From the NCBI GenBank assembly GCA_000004985.1, contig GG738895.1: a stretch of 64,000 nucleotides of DNA; one strand, written 5' to 3'. The position numbers were made by a program, and so were the translations under genes. Position 1 is the stretch's first letter. The number at the start of each line of letters is the position of its first letter. A model generated the notes under the pieces. That model was not told the DNA's origin and searched no databases. It saw only the letters and a program-made list of their open reading frames with translations. This stretch comes from Naegleria gruberi (lineage: Eukaryota). Positions 9,966 through 23,040 of the stretch are shown one piece after another.

Positions 9966-11347
9966 TTAATCAGAAAAATGAAAGAAGACATCTGCAATCT
10001 TCCAAGCATTCCTAAAATTGAAATATTTAGAAATATTATGTTGATGAATTGCAATAATCAATGTATCGCTTGTTAATCCAACTTTCAAAACTGAGGTGGA
10101 TGCATCAATATTAGGAAAGAGCTGTCTCCACTTGAATTCAGTATATCTACCATCTGAGCTCAGCAAATTATTATCTCCTCCAATAAATACTGAATTGTCT
10201 CTAGTTAAAATTAGAGAATTGTATCCTCCACAGACAATATCCTGGATATTATTCAAATTAAATGAGTCTAGTATTTTGGGGCCTCTATTCACATCATATG
10301 TAAAATTAGGTGATATTCCAAATTGTTTAAAATTGAAATAGCCAAAAACGTAAATTTTTTGTGATTGTGTTAAAACTGCTACAAAAAACAATCCTGGTCT
10401 AACATCTGTCACAATTTCATGATCTAGATTTGGAACGCGAGTCCAATGGAAAGAATCGCTGGCCTCAATCAAACCATTCGCACCATAAGATCTATCTCCA
10501 ACTCCATAAAGATGGCCATTCTCAGTCAATATAAAGCTAGTATTATATGTACAATAAACTCTCTTAATCTTGTTTGGAATGTGATCGATATTGGAGACAA
10601 CCCATGAATCCGAATAATTATTAGTATTCACTCCCAGTTGACCATCTATAAACCAATCTAAATAATCCAATAATTTGTAAACCACTTACAATTCTGTCCA
10701 TATCCATACACCTTCCCCTTGTCAGTCAGCATTAAATTATGAGTTGATCCACAGGAAACATCCACAATTTTCTCTTCTTTAGTATCGAATGGTAAGGTTG
10801 TAATCTTTTTCAAATCATTTGGAATTTCACTCGTCGAGTCTGACATGTAAACAGCTCCACTACTAGTCCTGACTAATAAAAACCTTCTAAATCCAACCAT
10901 ATCCACCTCCTCATCAAACACCAATTTGTACAATACACATCCATCTGATATATACTTCCATACATATAACGTCCTTCTCGATTTACCAACCAACACAATA
11001 GAATCACCACACGAAATCTGCGTTACACGTTCATCAATTTCAAAAACCCAATATTGTGGAGTTTTTATCATCACTACAAGGCTTGATTCTCCATTTGTTG
11101 TTATTGGTCTTGAATATTCTTTTAAAACTTTTACATTCTCCAGATGATGATGATTAATATCATTGCTAATCATGTTGGTAATTGTTGTAGAATGATCAAC
11201 TTCCATTCCTTTCATCAATCCATTATTATCGGTATTGATCACGAATTCTTTTTGTTCGAGCTGGAAGATTTGATAGCCAGGTTTTGATGCTAAAAGATTG
11301 TCGTGCTCTTTTTCGTTGCATGGATTGCTGGCTGATCGTGTGAGCAT
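9966..11347 (-). CDS. RCC1-like repeat (beta-propeller) protein in 2 exons (11347..10690 and 10657..9966, with a 32-nt intron)
   Basis: Repeated G-x-V/L-Y-x-x-G-x-N...GQLG-like blades (GKVYGYGQN...; WFIDGQLGVN; NGHLYGVGDRSYGANGL). Intron 10658..10689 runs GTAAGT...TATTTAG and restores the frame. Confidence 0.5.
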
Positions 11348-11405
11348 TTTTTTTTTCTTTATTTTAAATACTTTACAATTTATTAATAATAGTATTTTTT
11401 ATTTA

Positions 11406-11918
11406 TTATAAAATGGAATTTATTAAAAGAGAAGAGAAATGAGCATTATGATAAATGTCAAGAAGGCAACTGGTGTTACTGAGATGGCACTTGAAACAGT
11501 TGAAGGAAGAGCAGCTCTGGTCAATCTGCATTGGAACTTTACTGGTTGACATTGGAAGAAGAGATGAACCACATTCCACACTCATTCTTTGACAGAAAGA
11601 TTTACAAATATTCATCGTACTTGTGGTTGAATTATAATACTTTTGAGAAATAGATGGCACACACTTTCCACACTGAGTAGCAGCCAAATATTTACGACAG
11701 AGGGTAGAGGCAGATTGACTTAACATAGTGCTCATAGCAGAAATCTGACTCACTTCAAAATCAGTACAACAAGAGGAAGAACGGATGTTAATACCACAAG
11801 TAATATCACAATTAGGACAAGCAAATGAACTAGTACCACCCTTATTTGGGCATGTTTCAGCCATGATGAAAGTGACAAAGAGGAATGTGCAAGCTAACGC
11901 ACACAATAGTTTGAACAT
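11406..11918 (-). CDS. small secreted cysteine-rich protein
   Basis: ORF of 170 aa with an N-terminal hydrophobic signal peptide (MFKLLCALACTFLFVTFIMA) and more than 20 Cys. Confidence 0.45.
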   Translation of the reverse strand: MFKLLCALACTFLFVTFIMAETCPNKGGTSSFACPNCDITCGINIRSSSCCTDFEVSQISAMSTMLSQSASTLCRKYLAATQCGKCVPSISQKYYNSTTSTMNICKSFCQRMSVECGSSLLPMSTSKVPMQIDQSCSSFNCFKCHLSNTSCLLDIYHNAHFSSLLINSIL

Positions 11919-12052
11919 GCTGCTGTTGTTGTTGTTTTGTTTTTTTCAATTCTTGTTAGGGCTTAAAATATTGACTGAATTTAAGGCACAATTCAGTAAG
12001 AGTAACTTTTTTGGATTTCTTGTTTACAAGCATCCGACCAATCATTGAATTT

Positions 12053-12085
12053 AGCTCCCGTATTCAAAAAGTGAATACGGGGGCT
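12053..12085. other. GC-rich near-perfect hairpin (14-bp stem, AAAAG loop), with an ATGCAAAT octamer 26 nt downstream
   Basis: The sequence AGCTCCCGTATTCA-AAAAG-TGAATACGGGGGCT sits as a GC island in AT-rich intergenic DNA. It lies between the 3' end of the phytochelatin synthase gene and the 5' end of the secreted-protein gene. Confidence 0.5.
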
Positions 12086-12234
12086 TTGTTAATTTTCACC
12101 AAACATGTGCATGCAAATTTTTCACACACTTATTTATTTGGTGGTCCTTGCTTTACTGTACAAGATGCAAAAGGTTGTTGAGGGTGCTTACTTGTGCTTG
12201 CATGTGCATTCGGAATCACGCATTACATTAATCG

Positions 12235-13725
12235 TTATTGACAAGTGCTCATTTCAATAAGAGCTTGAATTTGTTTGGTGATTTGGCTAATGTTGGATTC
12301 CAAAGCAGTTCTGCAGCATTGTGAAATGCACATGTCTCCGAATTGATGCTTCAACTTGCTAATAATTGCTCGTAAATTGAGGTCCTCAAATAATTCATTG
12401 GGCATGCTGATCAACAGAATTGCAATCACTATGGATTTGTTTCTATCCTTTTCAAATTCCATAATTTCCCTAAATAATTGGTATTCCTTTAAATTAGTAT
12501 ATATAGTAGTAATCTTGTCGTTCCATAAAGTCTTAATCAATTCATACTCTTCAGATTTAATATCTTTGTCTTCGTTGATTAATAAAGGCTCTACCAAGTC
12601 AAAGATGACAGGACTCAGTACTTGGACAATACTTTCAAAGAGAATCGTTTGAGTGAGGGATTCATTATTGACCTGATTCATTTTGGTAAAGTACACCTCA
12701 GTAATATTCCTAGTGAGGGTCATCAACTTGACAAGAGTTTCAGACCATTTTTCCTTGACAACAACTCTATAACAAATGGCATTTTCTGGCTTTTTAACTG
12801 CTTCTTTTTTAATTACAACAAATCCTCTAGATAATCCTGTTGAAGAATCTATAGGATACAATGCCTTCCACAATAAATCAAGTTTCACCCAATGAGGTGG
12901 ATATTTAAATCTTGCAACATCTAGAACTAGGACCATATCATTTTCTGCATTATAGGCAGCCAAAGGAGAAAAATGTCCACTGCAATATACATTATTTCAA
13001 TGTAAATTTCAATGAAAAATAAAACCTACGTTCCAGTTTGTCCCAAAGTAGATCGATCATAGCTCACAACAATAAATGATGGATCATTATCAATTTTTGA
13101 CAAATCATTTGATTCTATTGAATCAATAATGAATTTCCTAAATTCCTCCAATGAAGAATCCTGAGGTCTATAAACATGACAATCAGCTCCATTACATTTA
13201 GCCAAACAAGCAAATTGTCTCAAAGTAATTCCCTCCTTCTTTACAACTTCCAATGGAACACAACAATCAAAAAACTCCTCAGTAAACCATCTCCAAGGAT
13301 ATTTCCAAACTCTCTTCGGATCAATTTTCAAAGCATTCATAACATTTACAAGTGTTCCCAATCCACAATCTTTAAAATCATCAATCATTACCAATTAATA
13401 TTATTAATAATACCATTAAATCATCAAACATACAAGAAGGCTCAGCTTGTGTATGAAATTGTTCAATTAGCGGAAAGAACGAATGAGTATTTCCTTCCAT
13501 CAAACTCTGGGAAAATAATTTCCTTCCTTCGAGTGAGGAAAAGGCGACCAAATGCGAAGGTAATTCTCTTTGATAAAAGCCTTGTTCTCTCTTTTCCGAT
13601 TGTTTTGAATCCGATAATACTAATGATGAAGATGTTGTTGTATTTAATGATAAAGTTGTTGTTGAAGGAGATAATGATGATGAACAACCCTTTTTCTTAC
13701 ATGACGATCCACATTGTGCGCTCAT
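12235..13725 (-). CDS. PCS: phytochelatin synthase (glutathione gamma-glutamylcysteinyltransferase) in 3 exons (13725..13434, 13369..13030, 12979..12235)
   Basis: After splicing the translation matches PCS along the catalytic domain: [29 protein letters not shown] (catalytic Cys), KYPWRWF, QTGTGHFSP (His), [15 protein letters not shown] (Asp). Introns at 13370..13433 and 12980..13029 run GTATGT/GTAGGT ... AG. Confidence 0.85.
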
Positions 13726-13856
13726 TTTTTTTGATTTGATTTTTCCTTTCAACAACTCCGTTTAATTCTTCCTTTTTCGTCACTCATTTTGACTCAAGTT
13801 ATTCTAAAGTTTGAAAATCTATATTACTTGAATGGAAGAAAATTAAATTTTAATTA

Positions 13857-16800
13857 TTATTTAAAAGGTTTTTGTGCTTGTCTAATAATCATGTATAAAT
13901 GTGAATCTTGGAATGAATCATTCCTATCATAGATTGATAACAATTTTTCAATTAATTGAATTGGATCAAAATTGCATTGAGATGGTGGTTTTAACAGTGA
14001 GTGATAATATTTTGAATTGTAAACAATTTTTCCATTTTCATCAATATCACCTCTTCCAAAGGCTTCCATTTCTATTATATTATGAGGTTTTGGGGCCACG
14101 GATAAGAAATTGCAAATAATTGATTGTTCCCATTCATTCTTGAAATATAATGAACATGAAAGAATGAATAAATCTGGAAGGAATCTATTAAGTTTTGCAA
14201 TTCTAGTCACTCTATCAAATTGTGAATTCACAGAAGGGATAGAAAGTGAAAGATTATCATATAATAGTTCATCACTGATATGAATTCTTCTACTGAATCT
14301 ATTCAATGTGAAATTAATTCCTTTTCCATTTTCATTAATAAATTTAAATATTTGATTGGCTTCGTATGGACATATTAAAATTATATAATTATCATTCAAG
14401 GAGTGAACAAACCAATCTATTGGTCTCTTGTAATAATCAATTTTAGAGTCAATTGTTGAAATGACAACATTTTTCATACTTTTGGTTGCATAAATGTTAC
14501 CATTCCAAATATTAGGGAGATTGTAAAGTGCAAAAGTATCAGATAATAATTCTTTAACATTTAACATGGTGGAGATATTTGGCTTGAATCCCATAATTAG
14601 CAATTTCAAATTAGTGTCCAATTCAGGAATACAGGGTTCTAATTGAGGAGGTCTAAATACTTGCTTTTCTTCTTCTAATTCATTTTCCAATTCTCTTTCT
14701 TGTTCTTCATTCAGTGTTTGTGAGAATATTTCCATAGTATTGGTTGACAGTTTTTCAATAATTTTTGAAATATTACTCTCAAATATTGTACAAAGATTCT
14801 TTGTGTGTAACGATCTAAAATGTAATTCTTTCAATTTAAATATTTGTGATAATAATTGCTTCTTTCGTTCTAATCCATAAAATGATTGTAATTCAAGTAT
14901 TTCATCTTCAATATATTTGTCATAGTATTGTTGAATAAGTATTGATTTTCCTAATTCTTGATTTAACCATAGTTTATGACTGTAAATCAATCCTTGGACA
15001 GCCCATTGTAATAAATGATCCATTTCCATTTGTTTTGTATTGAAATGTGTCCAGTTAATTATTTCTCTTGTATTGACAGTATTATTCTCTGATAATTTCT
15101 TAATATGTGAATCAACTTCTTTGGATGCCCAGAATGAAACGGTGTGTCCATTCACAGAACATAATTGTCTCATTCTCATGCATGCTTGAACGAACCTTTC
15201 ATTTGAAAGACCATTTCCTAAAGTAACAGCAGCTCTTGTACTTTCTGGAAATTTAATATCCGTCCCTCTTGTATGTACGTCATCTATGTATGTAACACAT
15301 TGTTCTAACTTGTTTTTATATGGAGACAAATCAAAATTAGTAACATGATTATATCTATCTATGACAGTGAGTTCATCATTATCATTAAAATATATTGCAG
15401 CATGGATTTCGTTTGGATTTGAAATTTCTAACCAATATTGTGCCAATTCTTCATTTGTCATTTCTAACATTAGTGCTCCAACGTCTAGTAATACTCTTGT
15501 TGTTTTTTGTGAATTAGCAATAGATTGAATAATGTCTTTGCATGATTGTTCATTTGAAATAACGTGATATTCTTCATTCCTCAAAATGAATGATTCAACA
15601 TTTTTAGAAGTATCTAGTAATTCTTCTAATTCATTTGATTGAATCGAAATTGGTAATAAAAATGATTTTGTGCCACTGAAACCGCTTGATTGATGATTCT
15701 TTTGATTACTTAAATTCCAAGATGAGGAAGTCAACTTTTTAGGAAATTGTTTGCATTCTTTTGGAAATACACACTTATTTAAATAAAAGTCAATAGCTGC
15801 CATTGAATATTTAAAAAATGGAAAAACTACTTCCATTTTTTGATGATAATCGGATAAGTTAATATTTGATAAAGATTTCAATTGTTCAGGTATTTGATTC
15901 TGACCTTCTTCGACCCATTTACAATATTCCTTTTCTGGGTCATCCAATGATAGCAATTCTTCGAATATATATTCAAGTTGAGAATTATCTAATCCACTAT
16001 AATAATAGCTTAATAATGTTAATAAAATTGCGATATCTGGATGACCATATTCAGATCTTTCAGATGGTACGTCTTTGGCTCTAAATGGAACGGCAATTGA
16101 TCTGTTAAAACCAACTCCATAATTAACTCTCCATCTTCTTTCTAATACAAGCTCCAAGGTTCCATACGCTAATAATCCTCTTAGTATTAATAATGATTCC
16201 CACTGGCTTTCTTTAGAATATTGTCTAATTAATTTCAATGTAGAATCATTAATTTCTTCACATGTCAAAAATTGTTTAAATAAAAGTCTATGTTCTGGCT
16301 TGATAGAAATGAAAATTCCTTTCAAGTTTCCATCAAGAATATCATTAACAATATTTTCTACAAGCAATTCAAAAGCTTTTGAATCTAAAATTCTCAAATG
16401 AGGAAATGAATGTTCAAAATTATTCATTTCCCTAAGTTCGACACAAGACGACCCAAATGAATCGAATAAACCTTTAGAATGTTTCTTAATTGATCTAAAT
16501 ACTTTTTGTAAAACATTCCAACGTTGATCTCTACCATCAATTTTTAATTGATTTCCAATTGTATAAATTAGTTGATACCTGGCATGAAGGATTTCATCTG
16601 ATTCATCTAATAAATCTCTACAATTATTTTCTAACCAATCTTGAACTTTAAATAATTGTTGAAAAAGGTCCGATTTAGATTTGATAGATTCAATACATTT
16701 CAATTCAAATGATAATCTATATTCGGGAACTGTGATGAGAACGCCTCTAGCTTTCATACAATTCGAATATAATGTTTGCAGTAACTCACAATCTAGTACT

Positions 16801-19800
16801 TGATGATCTCTATTAAATGGTGTTACTAGTACTGGTTTATCCAATATTCCACCCAATTTGAATCTTAGTGAGTTATAATTTGATGACAGTAGAGATTTTA
16901 AAACAGTTAATCTAACTAATTGATTTTTGTTCTTTCCAAGTTCTAATATTAACATTGGAATGATTACAGATGATTTACCCTCTCCCATATTAAATTGCTG
17001 CAATATATATGATTAAATGAAAGAAATTAATAAATTATACATACCATTACCATATTATTATGTGAATGAATCATATGATTTGCAACTCTAACTTGAACTG
17101 GTCTAATCATTATATTCATTTCTATTTCTAATATTAACCAATATGGATGGTCAGATGGCTTCCAATTTTCATGACCCTTGTTTTCTAATTCTCTTGAATG
17201 AAGTGTTGTCATTTTGGAATACTCTAAAGCTTTTAATCTTTCAGCTCTTTGCAATAATGTTATTAAAACTCCATAACAACCAACTAAATTTTTCAATTTT
17301 TGATTAGTTTGGTCATCTAATAGTAATTTTAAAATATTGGTCTTTGTTACTCGTGGCCATAAGCCAGCAATATAGAGTGCTTGATTGGTGGTATTATCAT
17401 TTGGATGTAACACTTTTTGTATTAAATCTTCCATTTCCATATAAAGAATTTCAACATTATCATCAACTTGGCCAGTTTCAAAGACTCTAGTTGAGAATTC
17501 AATAATATTACTACTCAAATTATTTAGTTGATCAAAATAATCAACCAAAAAGGTCCATTTAGGTTTGCATGGACAATCTTGAATTTGTTTGAAAATTAAA
17601 GGGAATCTACTTGGTATGGTGTATGATGGCAAGTTATTCACCATAACTTGCAACTTTTCAAGGTAAGTATGGAGTTGATAATTTGCTTTCCTTTCCTCAA
17701 ATATAGTTCTCATCTTTTCCTTGTACGTATCCAGAATTAGACTGGATGATTCGAATGAAATATAAATACTATTAGAAGTTTTAAATGTTGAATAGGTATT
17801 AAGTAAATTATTGCTCATTTTTAACTTTTCCTCTGCGATTCTGTTATCATATTTATCTTGATTTTCTCTTGATAGTGTAACATATAAATCTCTGAATGAC
17901 CTTTTATGGTTGTCCAATATTTCTTGTATAGTATATGCATATACATCACATTCCTTGATATTCCTTTCCTTCTCAGAATGTGGATATGAGTACATGATTT
18001 TATCCTTATTAAGATAAATTAACCCTAATAAATTAACTAGCGTCTCATCAAATTCAAAATACATCAGCATTGTTAAAAAAATTATTAATTTTCTTTTAGA
18101 AAATTGTTGAATTTCATCGGTCAGTTTTGAAAAACACGACTTGATATCAACTGTCATCCAACCTTCAATAGTTTTCAAATCTGTTTTGCAATTCTGTGTT
18201 GAATTGATAATAGATTTTATACTATTCAAAGGTCCAAACATATTGTTCTTCAAAGAGTAACATAATTGTCTGCACTTATTGATTTCTTTGGCGTCGGAGT
18301 GAGTTTTCATCCAAAAACTAGAATCAGAGGATTCACTGTCTATTTCACAATCTTTAGAGTAATAGTGAATATCTTTAAAATACGCCTTCCAATAGAGTAA
18401 ATTTAGTATTATTTTTACTCTTTTCAATACTAATAGCTGAAAATAATTTTGAATTTTCTTTCTTAATTCGTTCGCATAATATCATATAGGAGTCTAATTG
18501 TACAATAGACGATAAATTATTATTCCATGTCGTTACTTGCATATCAGTTAAATGTTCTGGATAATAAGATCTCTGTGGAGATAATGTCGATATTAATTCA
18601 AGTAATTCAATCTCAAACTCTTTCATTGGAATATGTAATTGATAACAACGTTTAGATTTCAAGATAGATATTGCAGCTTCATATCCACACAATTTGGTGA
18701 ATGGATCAGGTAAGAAGTAAGAAGTACATCCATGCAAATATGCTAAATACAACCAACTTGCTAAACTTTGCTCTGCTTCCAATCTTTCCAGTTGTGCATT
18801 GACAGTATAGGTGAAGAAGGGAGGAGATGAAACAGAATTTAAATCAATATCTACTTTTACATGACCACTAATGTCTCTAGCTACTTGAATATCTCCATTA
18901 GGAATTACTAATACTGTATTTTTCGAATAGTTATCAACTAATTTGAGCCCTTTTTGCAATCCAATTAATGTTCCTATTTCAAAGTTAGTGGATACTGTCA
19001 TTCCAAATTGTTTACAAATAAATTGTGAGTAATTATTGGACAGAATAAATATTAATCCTTTTCTAGGTAATTCAACAAAAAGAGTATTATCTTGATAGTA
19101 AGAATGTACATGTTCATCTTTTTCAATTCTGCTCATAATTTTCATTATTTCTGTAAATATTTTACTTCTATTGTCTATAAAATATTTCTTATCCTTCATA
19201 TCTAATAACAATCTACTATTCAAATTCAAAGTATAATGAACCTTTGAGAAATTGGTATCTAAGAAAAACATTGGTCTAAATAAAATACAATTAGATTCCT
19301 TATCAATCCAATGACCATATTTTTCTTTGAGTTGAAAAGGTAAATCTTTTGCAAAATATTCATGCGGAAAATAAACTTTTTCCTTATTGTCCTTGGTTAT
19401 TTCACTGATAATTAAAATTTCTTGCTCGATTTGTGATATTAATTTAAATTTGAAAAAGCTTCCACCAAATGTGTTCTTAGTCACAAAGGACTTGAATTCT
19501 GATCCTGGTTGTACATCAAGGACTATTTAGTGTCAATACATCAACATTCTTCATATACTTACCCATATTTTGAAAAATTCTTTGATATTCATTGCTTTTT
19601 GTAATTATTTCTGGTAGCCGTCCAATAGGAGCATGATTTATCAATAATGTTCCGTTAATAATGTTAACTTGGATGAGAACTTCGTTAAATTTAACATAAT
19701 ACCAATTTTCAGATTCTGCATATTGATGCCATTTCAAATTCAATTCTTCTAAATTTCTAACTTCACTCCATTTTTCTTTCAGGAAAATGTTTAATTCAGA

Positions 19801-22800
19801 GCTATCTTTTAACGAATCATGAATTGAATCTTGAATTAATTGTGATGTCTTGATTGTTTCTCTGAACAATAACTTTCTAAATTGAGGGAGTGTATTTAAA
19901 CCAATATTATTCAAAAGTAAATTTTCGTAAATTATTGATCTCGCAAGCAACCATTTAGAAAAATCTCCTAGTAATCTCTGGGAAGAAAAAGGATGAAAAG
20001 TTAAACAGCAGCAACAAGCTGTTTCAGTTTGCAAGTTTCGAATGTTTGTGCACTCGATCGGATTGTCAATAATTTTGAGCAATACTTGTTCACTTTTAGA
20101 TAACCACACAAGGCAGAGTTCTCTAATATCAAGTAATAATTTCTCAACTCTGTTATGCAATCTAGTATTTTCACACATTTCCAAAAATTTTTTGGCACAA
20201 AATACAATGATTACTAATTGATTAATAGATTTCCAATTATTTTCAATTTTTTTCAATAATTTCTGAAGTAGTGAAACAAGCTCATTTGAAAAATTCAAAT
20301 CTCGAACAGGATCATTTGTTTCTCTCCACCAATCTCCTTTGGAAGGGCATGATTGTAATAAACTTTGGAGAATTAAAAAACAAACATCTTGTTCATCAAA
20401 AGAGAGTACGTTATTTGAAAGAACTTTGGCTAAATTATGCATTTGAAGACGATAGCCAGCCCTAAATGATCCAAATTCTATAAATTCTGTAAGAGGAAGT
20501 TTAGGATGACAATTAATTTGAGAGGATAAAACATCATTCTGGTTGTGGCAATAATTTCTAAGGAAAGGAATCAAGCTATTATACCTTCCATTCTTGTCTA
20601 GTAAAAATGAGCATTCTTCAACAATACTGGATTTTGAGAAATGTACGTACTTTCCATCGATAGAAATTCGAAGATTCAGAGCGTTTCTTTTTATAAATTC
20701 ATCTTCAGAATTCCTTGGGTGGTGTTGCTCTTTAGAGTAATGGGATCTCAAATAAGATTTTTGAGAGCTTGTTAAACTAACTCTATTGTGTTTAGTGTTA
20801 GAGTTGTGGTTTCTTAAATACTCTTTCCAAATTTCAGTGCAACCATTAGCTTTTTGCCTTGGATTGTAGTAGTTTACAATTTCAAAGAACTCAATCAATA
20901 CATTGCTCAAGCATCTAAACTCATCAGGAATTAGTAATTCAAAAATAACAGCATTTTTCAAATAATCCTCTTCTGGTAGAACTTTTTCGTATGGCGTAAC
21001 ACTCATTTCACTTGCCCGGTTCTGGTAGTAACATTTCGAACAATGAGATCTGCATTTGTAACGGCGATGGTATTCACTATAATATTCATCATGGGAAATT
21101 TTGCTAGCTTGTTCCAGGTATTCCTGATACGTTTGTTTTGCTTTTCTAACTTCATCTTTTTTAGCTTGGATTTTCTCTTGAATTTCTTTTTCAATATTTT
21201 CTCTCAACCGGATCATAGTTGGATTTCTGTTTGCATATCTGACAGAAAATGAATTTCGGCTTATTTCTGAAAGAAAATCAGGTTGATAAATAGCTGACTG
21301 TTCGAAATTATTGAAATAGGTTTCAAGTTCGAATAGATATTTCCATTCATCTTTTCTATTGAGGTTAATATAATTGAAAATTGAGGTATCAATACCAGTC
21401 TTGTACTCTTTAACCATAGATGATTGTTTTTGTGCAAATTCTATTAACTTTCTAATGATATTTAGACAAGTGAGAATCATTCTACTGAATCCCATTGGAT
21501 CAGTGGCATAAACTGTTTTTGCCACTACTACGTATTGTGTAAATAGGTTATTTAAATTATTAGGTGTACAGTGATAGTCTGTTATCATGTTCTTTCTAAC
21601 CCATTCTTCAATAATAAATAATTCAGATAAAGATGCTTCACCACCGTCTGTTTGACTAATCGTAAATTGAGAAATACTAAAAGATCTATTGAATGATTTT
21701 GGAACAATTTCACTTTCGTCAACTGTTTGTTGTTCTATTTCTCTGTAAAGGTTAATGACTTTTTCAGACTCAACCAATTGTTGATAAATATTATCAGACT
21801 TGTTGGCTGCTGAACCTAAAGTCAAATTAATTTTGGAGGTATCACTGCAAATAATATTCCAATTATTATCCAGATATTTTCTTTGTTCAGCAATAAACTT
21901 GTAGGCATAAGTCAAAATATGCTTGGTTTTAGGATCGTGCAAATCATCCAACTTTTTAAGTCTAATTGCTAGTTTTGAAATAACTTGTAATTTTACCTCA
22001 TCACTCATTTCATGGAAGTGCTTGTTAGCAATATGAATGAAATATTTCATCAATACTGCCTTATAATAAACTTTTCCATCATTCTCGCCATACTTCCAAA
22101 CAAGTAACAATTGCAAAATAATTTTGATGGACATCCACAATCCAGATCTCCTGTAAGGATGCATGGCATTGCTCCATTCAATTGAATTTCTAATCTTTTT
22201 GTTGATCATCTTCTCGTGAGCTAATTCACCACCAAGAAGAGCAACCAACCACTCTGTGATAATTACTGAAGAAACTACATCACGCCCTTCATCTTCTTTA
22301 CTGCCAGCTTTTGTTGATTTTGGTCTTATTTGACCTATTTGATTCGAAAACAAATCTTGCAACAAAGTGGCAAGCTCATCAGAGCAAAGCATTGAGAGAT
22401 TCTCATCCTTGACACTGATAGTAACCTCAGGATAAAGTGTTACAAGATCGCCACACCTAGACATAATCTCCTTGTTGTTTGGATGCACTGTAAATACTGA
22501 AACTTTAGCAGATTGTCCCTTCTCCTTACGAATGATCAAACATGCATTACAGTTTTGAATATAGAGAGGAAGTATAACATTAGCATTGGTATCAAGTAAA
22601 CTTTGTACTTGGCCACCGTCTAAACCAAGTTTGGAGTCAATCTCATCCACATCTTCTTGAACAGACATCCAATTTGTAAATGCCTTCTGAACATCTGCAA
22701 ATTCAACGGCTAATTCATCCATTTTCAAAAATTGGACAAACTCTAAAAGATGAAGTAAATCATAGCCAACAGTCTCTTGTGATGGCAATTTTTTCAATAA

Positions 22801-22842
22801 AAACAAGTCACACAAGAATGTGTCTAGAAATTGTGTTGACAT
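13857..22842 (-). CDS. giant protein of about 2940 aa carrying DUF3638 (MGEGKS P-loop-like motif) and DUF3645 (HTRGTD motif) domains, in 4 exons (22842..19563, 19522..18431, 18372..17051, 16997..13857)
   Basis: Four long collinear minus-strand ORFs joined by short introns: 19523..19562 (GTAAGT..AAATAG), 18373..18430 (alternative donor at 18418), and 16998..17050 (GTAATG..TTGCAG). NMGEGKSSVIIPML is at the start of exon 4 and DDVHTRGTDIKFPESTRAAVTLGNGLS at about 15200-15310. The total coding length is divisible by 3. Confidence 0.7.
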
Positions 22843-22897
22843 TTTTTTGATTATTGACTTCTGACTACTCGCCTACAACACTCTTATTGATAATTAG

Positions 22898-23007
22898 GAG
22901 GTTGTGAATTCCCAACCTCTTCTGTTTATGTTTTCCGAAGGGTTGGGAAGTCTAACAAATTTTTTCCGAAGGTTGGGAAGTCTGAACATTTTTTTAATTT
23001 TTCGGAG
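22898..23007. promoter_or_regulatory. upstream motif cluster of the giant gene. It comprises a 7-bp-stem hairpin GAGGTTG-TGAATTCC-CAACCTC (22898..22919), then two tandem copies of a 33-bp unit TTTTCCGAAGG(G)TTGGGAAGTCT(A/G)AACA(A/T)TTTT (22931..22997), then a partial third TTTTCGGAG
   Basis: Direct reading. It lies 55-165 nt upstream of the ATG at 22842 on the minus strand and just downstream of the stop of the ankyrin/F-box gene. Confidence 0.5.
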
Positions 23008-23040
23008 TGCAATATTGGCGGCTTTGAAAGATTGTTGGTG

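Noticed and set aside
12097-12118. ATGCAAAT octamer as an snRNA-type distal enhancer.
   Set aside because: It is a single 8-mer in 64 kb, so it could be chance. There is no adjacent snRNA-like gene or AAACCAAAA element. It is kept only as context for the hairpin finding.
13176-14119. Plus-strand ORFs 13176..13739 and 13901..14119 overlapping the phytochelatin synthase gene and the giant gene.
   Set aside because: They are antisense to strongly supported genes and have no recognisable domains.
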